From Vicugna vicugna (lineage: Eukaryota), in contig MU058065.1 of the NCBI GenBank assembly GCA_013265495.1, positions 1,648,364-1,712,363 of the forward strand: DNA of 64,000 nucleotides, read 5' to 3'. A program made the translations under genes and the position numbers. Shown one piece after another: positions 23,601 to 35,700 of the stretch. The notes under the pieces are model-generated. The model worked only from the letters and a program-made list of their open reading frames with translations, had not been told where the DNA came from and did no database searches. Numbering within the stretch: the stretch's first letter is position 1; every line of letters begins with the position of its first letter.

Positions 23601-26600
23601 AATAATCATTTTTCTGGCTGTAATTTCAGGCACGAAATATAACCACGTGCATTGAATTCAAAAATTCCGATGAAGAAGATGCCAAGCCCCTGAAGGTGAG
23701 CCAAGTTCACGGGAGGGACGCAGCGGAAAGGAGGAGGCAGGCGCACTGGTTCGCTCAGCCGCCCCTGAGGGGCTTTTGATTGGAGTGTGACTGAAAGCGG
23801 AGCAATTCAGCACGTTTGTTTCAGATTTCCTAAACATACCTGATTGAATAGGCATCGTTAAGTAGGTCTATTAGAAACGCCCGTCTCATGGCTCTGCTTA
23901 GCTTTTCGTGATTTCGAAAAAAAGGAAGACATTCTAGTGTGAAATAAATGCAAAGATTCCTCTCTGGAAGACTTGGTCCTTTTCAAAGATTAGCCTGCCT
24001 CCCAGTTCAGTGCTTGGTTGAAAATGCCGCATCCCAGCCGGCCTTCGCGTGCCCTGAGCAGACTGGCTGCTGTGCGCTGGCCAGACGGCCCCAGGGGCGG
24101 GGGCGCCAACCCAGGGGGCACTCACGTTTGTGGGAGGTGCACGTGGCCGCGTGCTGAGGAGCTGGGAGATGCCTCCGGGAGGCTGGTCCCTGTTACTGAT
24201 CGCATGATTTAATATGATCAATAAAACCATGAGGTCTGTGTGAACTGGGCTGTTCTCACCTATAAATCTGCAACTGGATGGCATTTTTTCGGAGTTCGTA
24301 TTTGAAAGATACTGTTTTTACGTTATGGACTTTGAACAACCTATGAAACTGAAGTAACCTATAAAAGTGGAAGGGAAGATTAGTTTTCAGTGGGCCTGCA
24401 GCCAGATCGTCCCTGTTTCGGTGAATCAGAGGCATGAAATATAGTAAAGAACAAAGCCAATTTCTAACTGGCGCCCACAATTAACTGAGATAATCTCTGA
24501 AAGCACTTCTGTCAGGTACCAATTGTGTATTCTATGCTAAGAAGTATGGTAGCATTATTCAGAAGAGCAGTCCTCAATTTGAGGGATTGAATGAGTTCTG
24601 CAGAGTAGAGAGCAAAAGGGTTTTAAAATAGCCTTGAGGCACTCTCAGAATCCTCACATTCCAAGTTCCACAGCAACATTAGCATCCGGTGATAAAAATC
24701 AAGTGAGATGGAAGTATCAAGCAAACAATGGTGATGACCAGAAGGCAGACACACTGGGCCTGCGAGGGCATTGTTGATGGGGAGAATTCTAAAAGGTGCA
24801 GGTATATGGGACCTCTGTTTCATTGCATCTTAAAGCGTTACTCAGAGATACAGCTGGCTCTAGTAGAGGGACCCTGAGCCTTGGGCTAAAGGGGCTTTTA
24901 GGACAAGGAAGTGCCATCTCCCATTCCCTGGCCTGATTTGGGGCCGGGTTAGAAGAATGACACAATGTGGTGGAGCCTGGAGCCAGCCCTGCACTTCCAG
25001 CTGTGCATTCTTGGTTGGGAGCTGGCATGTCAGGAGCTGGGGTCAAACTGTGAAGGAAAAGCCCAGCTGGGCTAACAAGATAACTCACAAATCTAAATGT
25101 AACAAGTGTCGGATTACTGATCTGCGTTCTGCCGGGCTAACTCATAAATCTGAAGTTTAGTGTCAGTCTATTGGGCTAACGAGCTAAGTCACAAATCTAA
25201 GTGTGGTAAGTGTCGGTTTACTGATATAAGTTCTGCCGGGCTAACTTGTAAATCTAAAGTTTAGTGTCAGTTTACTGGGCTAACAAGCTAACTCGTAAAT
25301 CCAAGCTCAACAAGTGTCAGTAACGTGATCTGTTCCAAATTGATAAGCTCCAGTGTACTGATTCCTTGCATTTTGTTGTTTGAGCCTTATTGGCTAATAG
25401 CCCCATACTTGTAATTAACCCTATAAAACCTCATGCGCACGTCTTGGAGGTGCTCAGAGCTTCGGAGCAGAAGCCCCTCTGAGCCCACCGGCGTAATACA
25501 TCTGAGTACTCCAACCCTCCGAGTGGTGCTTGTTTCTTGGCTGGCCTGTCATTTCCGTAACAAAACCGAGCCTTGTGGTCACCCAGGACTGATGGCCTTC
25601 AACTCTAGATCAGAGCTGGATACCACAGGCAGCAGGAATTAGAACTGAACAGATAGATTATCTCTTCTCTCCATAATCAAAAATTAAGTAGTGAATTGAT
25701 TCAGGAATTCAGTGTTGATATAGCTTCTATGTAATGAATTAAAGCCTTCAAATTTTCTTCCGCTGTGCCCCATGGTATAATAAATACAGGACAGCAAGTC
25801 AAAGAAGTTCAAGGTTCATTAGATGTCAGCTAAGCCTGGCAAGCTACCGTGAAATTCGTCTTTGTCCCAGGATGGGTCACTGAAGAGTTGTGACCTTTTT
25901 TGTGTTTAGGGTTCATTTCAGACACTCCTAATTATTCAACTCATAACTTCTTATACAGTGTATTTATGGAAAACCTGGAGGACCCCTCTTCACCTCAGCC
26001 ACCTACACGGCAGTGCTGCACCATTCCCAGAATCCGGATTTCTCAGACGAGGTAAGGGCCCCCAGTGCCCCCAGCAGCCCCTGAAAAGACAGATCAGTGG
26101 GTAAGTTAACACACAATAATAGACACTCCCTAGACCACACCTCACACGCAGGACATACCTGAGCAGGTGTTTACGTAAGCAAGCTTTAGAAACCACATCA
26201 ATTGTCAGTTGCTCCAGGAGTGTGCTGCAAATTCACAAATTTTGGCACAAGATTGTCTTTTAAAAACGTGATGTTGTTATTATATCATTTCTTCCAAATG
26301 AGACTATTTTTTCCCTTTTATTTTATTGGTTAGTATAACAAAGATCATGTTAGATAGTTTTTACCAATCAATACAGGCATTGCATGTCATAAGGGAAAAA
26401 ACAAAGGGTAGAGTATGAGCCAGCCCTATTGCTGATAACCTTCATGACCCTGAAGGAGCTTAGACCCCCTCATCTCAAGACTTGCCCCGGCCAACTCTCA
26501 AGACTCTCTTATTATGTGCCAGGCATCACTCTGTACTCCCTGTATGTACCATCTCACTTAGTCTACACAGCTTTCTCTAGAGAGACAGAGTCAATAGGGA

Positions 26601-26681
26601 GATAGAAAGAAAGAAAGAGATAAGTTGATAGAAAGGTAGAGAAAACAAGAAAGAAAAGGAAGAAAAAGAAAGAAAGAAGAG

Positions 26682-26744
<63 letters not shown>

Positions 26745-29700
26745 GCGAGCAGTGGCTCACATCATTATGGAGGCTGAAAAGCCCCACAGTCTGCCATCTG
26801 CAAACTGGAGACCCAGGAAAGCCCTTGGTATAATTCAAAGGCCTAAGAACCAGAGCATCTATTGTGGATTCCAGTCCAGGTCTGGAGGCCTGAGAACCAG
26901 TAGCACCAAGGGCAGGAGAAGATCAGTGTTCTGGGTCAAGTAATCAGATAGAGAAGGAATTCAACCTTCCTTGGCCTTCTTGTTCATCTCTGCCCCTCAG
27001 TGGGTGGGGTGGGGCCCACAGGTGGGGCCCACCCACCTGGGAGGGCCATGGCTTTACTCACTCCACAAATTCAAATGCTAATCGCCTCCCAAAATGCCCT
27101 CACAGACACACTCAGACATCGTGTTTAACCAGCTCTCTGGGCATCCGGGGCCCAGGCAAGCTGACACACAAATTAACCTTCAGGTCCTCCTATTTTATGG
27201 GTAAGGAAACTGGGGATCAGAGAAGCAACTTTCCCAAGGGTACATTACTATGAAGTGACAGTCAAAAATTCAAGCCAGGTCATGTGACTTCACAGCTTGA
27301 AGCTTCACTCTCTAACAGAGACATAAAACAAACAAACAAAACTCACTGGGTCAATGATAAATTACTATACACACATTAGCTTGCATTATAAATGGTCTCA
27401 GACAAACAAGTTTCAGTGATTAACTTTGATTTCAAACCATGATGCAAAGGTCTGAGTAACGCAACCTGCCGGTATGATGTCTGGGATTACAAACATCACA
27501 TGTTTTGTGTGAGTTTCCTCCTTCTGCTTAACAAATTAGTGCAGTTCAGTGGCTTAGACAACACGCATTGATTATCTGACAGTTCTGCAGGTCAGAACTC
27601 TGAAGTGGGTCCCACGGGGCTGAAATCAGGTGTCAGCAGGCCTGCGTTCCTTCTGAAGGTTCTGGGGACAAATCCTTGCCTGGCCTTTTCTAGTTTCCAG
27701 AGACTGCCCACGTTCCTTGGTTCGTGACCTCCTTCCAGAAATTTCATCTCTCCAGCCTCTCACATCTCCTCTGATTTGGACTCTGCTGCCTTCCTCTGAT
27801 AAGGCCCTTTGCGATTACATTGGGCTCACTGGGCTAATCCATTCAGTCAAGATCCTTAACTTAATCACATCCGTGAACTCCCTTTTACCACGGAAGGAAA
27901 CATACTCACATATTCCAGGGATTAGGACATGAGGGACAATTTTGGGGGGGAGCTATTCTTCTGCCTACCACCCCTTGTTACACATCAGCCATTTTTAAAC
28001 TCATTTAAAGAACGCCAGTGAGACCACAGACCTGACTAACCTTTTCTCCTTCCTCCACATCTATTTAATGCTCTTAAATTTTTTCCCTATAAAGACAGAA
28101 ATTTTAAAAAAAATTTAAGGGAAAGGGCTATTACCACTTTACAGAATATTCACTACGTTGGTTGACCCCTTGACACAGCCCATCTGAAAGGTGCATTCTC
28201 TGTAGACATACAAGGTTAAAAAATATATATATATTCTCACTGTTAATTCTGGCTTTTAATCTCTCTCACTCACATGTGCTTCCCCGAATCCTTGAGCTTT
28301 TCCACAAGAGAACATGTGTGTAATGAACAGCCTGGCGAACTCTGCGGTGCCAATTCAAAACTGTTTTCTTCTTTATCATTGCAAACAATGATTGCATTAA
28401 TTATAAAAATGGGTATGGATTCTTCTAAGGCGCTGTTAAAATATGATGTGACTATTTGCAGTATTTGTTAACTGAAGACTGTTTGCATTAATATGTAGCT
28501 AACTGGAATGCTTGAGTACTTGTTTCATTCCCTTGTGCTCTGGCTGAAAAAAAAAAAGAAAATTGCATTCTATTGTATGTTAGTTACTGTCAATTTTGAA
28601 TTGTATGTTGGCTTTTGTTACCAGGTTAGCATACTGGTATGTAAATGATATATGTAAGCTTCTAAACCATTCTAATTCAGGAGCTCCCAAGCTTCGCTGT
28701 GCATCAGAATCACCTGGAAGCCTTGTTAGAACACAGATTACTAAAACCCAGCCCAGATCTGGAGATTCCATACGTCTGGGGTGATACCTGAGAATCTGCA
28801 TTTCTAACAAGTTGCTAACATGCTGTGGACACTGAAAATCTACGTAATGAATTCTTTCCTGAACAGTGCGAAAATAAAGTCACTGCAAATACACATGTAC
28901 CGAGGGTCTAATACATAAGCTGGTAGATAATTTGTCAGGCTCCCTATCTCCTTATTGCTTGATTTGGCTATTCTGGAAACGACCAAGTTGCTAACATTGA
29001 ACAGAATGCAGCTTACCGGCCTGGGAGCCTGGGATTCTGAGGACGGTGGCGATCACAAGAAGTGCTTTCTTGTCCTGGGAGATCCTGATCCAACCATCCT
29101 CCTAGGGACTCCAAACCCCTTCCCTGATATCTCTCACTTTGGTTGCTACCCCTGCGGAGGTTTGGAAACTAAAAAACACCATCAAATGAAGAGGGTTTCA
29201 AAATCTTTCTTTCCAGGAACATGGTGTATGCTCCTCATTAAGTATATTCTTAATCTATATCAAGCTTATGTTTTATGTTTATTCAGAAGCATTATTTACA
29301 GAGCTGCAGCATGACCTCTTTACAAGATTGCTCATTACTTAGTTACCACAATATATTGTACGTTGTGCAAATATATTGTAATTTTTATACAATATATACC
29401 ATATATATATTATTGTGGGTTTTTTTTAAGTGATAGATCCCAGGCTTCAGTTATATCATTTACAACAACCGTGTTTCTCAACATGTCTCTGAATCGCCTG
29501 AGGATCTTATTAAAATGCAGATTCTGATTCAGTATGTCTGGGTAGTGTCTGAGATTCTGCATTTCTTTTTATTTTTATTGAAGTAGAGTTGATTTAGAAT
29601 GTTGTGTTAGCTTCCGGTGTACAGCATAGTGATTCCATTACATATATATATTCTTTTTCATATTATTTTTCATTGTAGGTTACTACAAGATAATTGAATG

Positions 29701-32700
29701 TGGTTCCCTGTGTAGGACCTTGTTGTTTACCTATTTTATACATGGTAGTTTGTATCTGCTAATCCCAAACTTCTGATTTATCCTTTCCCCTTTGATAACT
29801 GTAAATTTGTTTTCTGTCTCCAAGTCTCTTTCTGTTTTATAAACAAGTTCATTTGTATCATTTTTTAAGATTCCACATATAAGCGACATCATATATTTGT
29901 CTTTCTCTGTCTGACTTACTCCACTTAGTATGATAATCTCCAGGTCCATCCATGTTGCTACAAATGGCATTATTTCATTCCTTTTTATGGCTGAGTAATA
30001 TTCCATTGTGTATATGTCACCACATTTTCTTTATCCGGTCATCTGATGGGCATTTAGGTTGCTTCCACATCTTGGCTATTGTAATTAGTGCTGCTGTGAA
30101 CGTTGTGGTGTACGTATTAAATTCTGCATTTCTATCAGCTCCCAAGTGATTCCTGTGTAACTGCTCCAGGCACACACTTTGGGAGGCAAAGACCTACTGT
30201 TCACTCAACGTATGTCCCTTGATGATAAGTCCTTAATCCGTGCCCTGCTTACATTCTAAAGTTATGTCTGTGTGTGTGTCTGTGTGTGTGTGTGTTTAAT
30301 TCATGGTGGCATAAATTATCTGATGAGAAACACTAGGTATTCTAAATCATCATCATCTGCCACAATAAAGAAGTAACAATAACATCTTACTCCTAGCACG
30401 ATGGATATTTTTTGAGAGTGAAACCAGTACTTCTAACGCTGACTATTGTGGACCAAAATTTCAGTTAAAGAGTTTTTAAGAGGCTAACGTGTCTATGCTT
30501 TGTCTTGCCCTGACACTGGGAAAATGATTTGAATCTCAGCCCAGCTATTCCCTCTTCCATTGCAGGTGAAAATTGAGCTGCCAACACAGCTTCATGAGAA
30601 ACACCATGTTCTGTTTTCTTTCTATCATGTCACTTGTGACATAAATGCCAAAGCTAACGCCAAGAAGAAGGAGGCTCTGGAAACACCAGGTACTGACAGG
30701 AAGCAATCTGAGAGGGCTGTGCATGTCATCTGTTGGACTTGAGTGGGAGAGTACTTTAAAAGCTCTAATTTATGGAGTTTTTGAGTGAAGTTTTGTATCC
30801 GTAAATGATAAATAGCTTTCTGTTCGCTCCTCACTAGGAAGTTTGTACTGAAAAGTTTCCCCTCTGTTGTTCCTTTGCACAGTTGGATATGCTTGGCTTC
30901 CTCTGATGAAACATGATCAGGTAGCTTCTCAAGAGTACAACATCCCGGTTGCAACAAGCCTGCCTCCTAATTATTTAAGCTTTCCAGATCCTGCAAGTGG
31001 AAAGGTATTGAATGATGCATAACTTGAGAAAAAAAACACAAGGGCTCAATGGCATGAGCTTATCTTCTCTCCACTATTTAAATTAACCCAACCTTAGTGT
31101 GTGCATCCACTGTAGGTAGGAATCAAGTCTACCTGTAACGTGTCAAATATCCTGTTTAGCTTCTGGCCAGTAGAAATGATCTATTAAAATGGTCCCTCGG
31201 CATCACACTGGTCTCATTTACCAATGTTGCCAGATGTATTTGCATCTCTTATTTTCCATCTCTGTAGCGATGTAAGATAATGGGTGGGATGGCGAGTCAG
31301 CACAAACTAAATAACCTATTTGTTTTCCCTTCTCCCAAAGTGCCACAGTGACAGTAACAAACTGTTTTTTGCAGCATGGCGGGAGCGACATTAAATGGGT
31401 TGATGGTGGCAAACCCCTTTTCAAAGTAGCAACGTTCGTTGTATCAACAGTGAATACTCAGGTGAGCGTGTTGTCCTGAAATATCAAAATCTTCTCTCAC
31501 ACGTAGAATCGTGAGGTGTCTCCTAGATTTACGGAAGGAGACTCACCATTTCCCAAGGCGTCAGAAGAGCAGGTGATTAAAAAGGAGGAATGTTTGTCGC
31601 AAAACTTTATCCCTCTACCGGAAGAGATCGAATGCCTTAATTCATAAAAATGCAGGTGCCATAAAACTGCAAACCAAAATACCAGAGGTGTGTTTCTGAG
31701 GATGACCCTCCCCTTAGAGGATGGTTTGCTTCCAGTGACGACACCCAGGTGTTAAAAGCATGAACCGTTTGGACTTTTACCTTAAAATTCAGTCCAGTGC
31801 CTACCCCAGGCTTCTCTAATGGGAAGCCCATGAGGTTGGGAGAACTGTATTTGAGAGCCACCTCAGCCAATTTCTGGCCGAGTGACCCTGGACCAGTCAC
31901 TCCACCCCTGCAATCCTATTGCCTCATCAGAAAAATGAGACCAAGGGAAAAAACCCTCTACCTAAGGTTGTAGTGAGAATCAAAATGAGGAACTGCCTGT
32001 GAAAATATCTCATGGGCTGCAGAATGCTACACGAAGGTAATTGTGGTCATTGTCAAATCCCCACACTCACCCCTCCCATCGCAAGGCAGCTTGTTTTACC
32101 ATAATGTGAGGGCTTCTATGGTACCAGTTGTAAACTACGAAGCAAATTATTACAAGCGCATAGAATATGTATTGCTTCTTCCTTCAATGCAGTGTGCATC
32201 TGCTCTTCTATTTGTGCTTCACGTTGCTTTATCTCTAGCACATACTTGGTCGCTAAGAAAAATGAAATAATCCAGGTGCCACTGAATATTGGATCATAGT
32301 TCCTCCCCGCAACCGCTGGTGCCTTGAGCCAGAGTTACTCCTCTTCCCCAGTCCTGCGCCCCTAGCTCCATCTTTCCTCTGATGCCATCAGCCCTGGCTG
32401 AGTCCCACAGAATGGTCGTCCTCCACCAAATCCTGCTTTTACAGATCTCAGAGGGCCCCGAGGTTCTCTTTCTCCTGCACACAGCCCACGTCTCTCTGAG
32501 ACTCAGCACTGCTTACCTTCTCCTCCATCACCTTCTACCACCCACACACTTGTTGCCCCGGGGGAACGCATTCTTCTTTCATCCATAGTGGTATTGACCA
32601 CAGTTTTCAAATACCCAAGGCCCACCCTTTCCTGCACTGTGACCTCCATCTGCTTCGTTCCTCCAAGACCCAGGGATTTTTTCTTTTTCTTTTTTGACTC

Positions 32701-35700
32701 TCAGCCTTTCCTCAGCCAGGAAGATGATCTCTCCCTCTCTCCTTCCCTCATTGGTCAGATCAGCAACTACCCATCCTTCAGGTCTTGGCCCAAATGTCAC
32801 TTCCGCAAAGAAGCCTTTCCTGTTCCCTGACCCCTCAGACATGCCGGGTAATCTTGTCATCCACTTAACAGGACACCAGGCTTTCCTCTGAAGCACTTAT
32901 CTAATCATGACCAAGTAGGTATGTGTGGAAATCAGGGTGTGATGCCTCTCTCCTGGCGTAAAGGAAGGACCACAGAGGAGGGGAGTGCGTTTTCCCTGCC
33001 CCGAGCTCTGTCCTCCTTGCCTGCCAAGACCCTGTCCTCACAATTCTAGAGTCTGGAAATCTGAGATCAAGGTGTTAATTTTTTTCCAGAGCCTCTCTCC
33101 TTGGCTTTCCTCTGTGTGTGCACTTCCAAGCTTATAAGGACATCAGTCATATTGGATTAGGGCCACCCTAACATTCTTATTTTAGATTAATTGATGCAGC
33201 AAAGTGTGTTACAGCTCAGTGTTACAACTCAGTTGTGACAGCAACCTGGATCTGGGCAAGAGACCAAGCAGCACTCAGGCAGAGGGTTGGAGAACTCAGG
33301 TTTATTACGCCAGCAGGCCCAGAGGAGTTAACACTCCAAGCTCTGGAACCCGTCCATAGGTTTACACAGGCTTTTATAGGGCACCAGTCTAGACTTTGCA
33401 ACATTTTGCAACATCATATGCAAGTAAGGTATAATAATGGTGACTAATTAGGAACAAGCTTTGTAGAAATGGACCAATCAGGAGTGAAAGAAATGGGCCA
33501 ATCAGGAGTGAGATCCATGCAAATGAAGCACTACAAATGGACCAATCAGGAGTTAGCTCAGGAAATCAATAGAATCTTAGGGGTAAGTCCCGCTTTCTTA
33601 GAAGTAAGCCGTTTCAGAGTTTAGGAAGCAAAATAATGCTGCAGGGCCAGGGAACCGAATGGTGCTGGCAGGAAGGTAGTGGCCCTGCCTGGGGGTCCTG
33701 CTGTCCTTTTCATGGGGCTTCCCACCTCAAATTAGCTCTTTAAAGATCTTATCTTCAAATATGGCTACATTCTGAGGTACTAGGAGTTAAGACTTAAACA
33801 TATGGATTTGGGGGGGAATAGCAAAGGCTAAGAGTCAGTTTTATCTCATGATATCAGTGTGGACCTCCTAATTTTTTATTAGCTCTGACATTTTTAAGTC
33901 TGAAAGTATCCCTCTGCATATTAAAGCGTACACATTCTCCTATGCGTTAAAGAATATGTAAGAAAAATTGGTGGGAGTCTGTGGAAGAAGCAAAAACAGG
34001 AAGATGGTAGAAGGGAGTTTAAAAAAGAATGGAACCAAGGGAAGTAATTCTCCAGCCATTGTCATATGGTTCAGAACGAGAACAAACCTCTGAGGATGAA
34101 AGAGGAGAGAAAGTGGGCTTTGTAAGTCAGGTCGAACCCTCGACGTGCCGGGACGTCTGTGAAAGTGAGAGGTGGATCCCAGTGACTCCTTGATAAAGCT
34201 CACGGCATCTGTCCTGCAGAAGGGCGCACCTCCATCCCCATGGTTGTGCCACAGCTCACGTGTCATCAAAAATAAATATTTGGTTTCTGGCTGTTTCAGG
34301 ATCCACATGTGAACACATTTTTCCGACAATGCCAAAAAAGGGAGAAAGATATGTCTCAGTCGCCTACCTCGAACTTCGTCCGATCTTGTAAGGTAAACGT
34401 GACATGCCAACAGCTGCGATGGGCTCCAGGGTGGAAATGGGCAAAACCAACCTTGACATTTTGCACTGAGTAAGCAAACCAAGGAGTAATTGTTATTGAG
34501 GATTTTTAGATGCCTCATCAATTCAGAGAGTAAATGATTTTATTTCCCAATTCCTAGAAGGTGTTTGTGGGTTGATTAAAAAATAAGCAGAGATCCGTTT
34601 CTCCAAAATAAAAATGATTGGAAAACAGAATCAATTGATTCTAAATTAGTTAATGCTGAATGCCATGAGTAATAAAGCCAGACAGAGGTGAGCTTCAGTA
34701 CTCGTATTCAGATTCCGAAAAACACCACTAAAATGTGCTTTCAATTTAATCAGTGGCCTTTCTTCCCCCTGCCAATTTAACAGAACTTATTGAATGTGGA
34801 AAAGATTCAAGCAATCATGAGTTTCCTGCCTATAATCTTGAATCAGCTCTTCAAGGTCCTGGTACAGAATGAAGAAGATGAAATAAACACCACTGTGACC
34901 AGGTATCCATCACACAGCCTTGAGATCTGATAAATTGTAGTTCCGCAGAACTCTGATGATAACTGAATGGCCACTTAATTCTCTGGGCTTGCATTTTGTT
35001 TGAACACATATCTCAAATTTAAGTATTTCTCACTCTTGAATTCTTACCTTCTCATCATCCATTGTCATTCAGATAAAGTTTTAGACCTCTTTTTTAACTT
35101 TTTATTTGTGTTTTTTAATTAAGCTCTTTATTTGGAGATAATTATAGAGGCACATGCAGTTGTAAAAAATAACGCAGAGAGATCTCACGTTCCTTTTAGA
35201 TGTTCCCAGTGGTGACATCTTTGCAAAACTAAAGTACAGTATCACGAGCAGAATATTGACATTGATACAGTCAGGATACAGAACATTCCCCTCCCCACAA
35301 GGATCCCTCATGTTACCCTTTTATTGACACACCTACCTCTTCCCTCATCTCAGTCCCCACCCCTTAGCCCTGGCAATTACTAACTTGTTCTCCATCTCTA
35401 GAATGTTGTTATTTTAAGAATTTTATATATATTATATTGAAATTGTGTATATAATCATATTATAATTATATTTTTATATATATAAATAGTTGGAAATTGA
35501 AAATAGTATATAATTATATATGTTAAAACATATATCATATATACTTGTGATAAATTCATAAATTTATTTTATATTTCTGTTTTAAATGTATAAATTTATA
35601 TAAATCATATATATATGTGTGTGTGTGTGTATGGAATTGTGTAGTATGATAGTATGTAAACTTTTGGGACTGGCGTTTCTCACTTAGCATAATTCTCTGG

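Noticed and set aside
25068..25331. Regularly spaced repeats superficially like a CRISPR array
   Set aside because: The whole 104-bp unit is repeated with no unique spacers, it lies inside an LTR U3, and the DNA is mammalian.
29731..30006. 91-aa ORF with real protein similarity
   Set aside because: It is the L1 ORF2 C-terminal remnant (as are 35556-35765 and part of 41598-41813), not a host gene.
33940..34521. 193-aa antisense ORF overlapping exon 34300-34392
   Set aside because: No recognisable protein features; partly a shadow of the sense exon.
34903..34912. Donor GTATCCATCA resembling a U12 (minor) intron 5' site
   Set aside because: Deviates from GTATCCTTT at +7, and there is no TCCTTAAC branch site before the acceptors at 37052/37082, which have normal U2 pyrimidine tracts.
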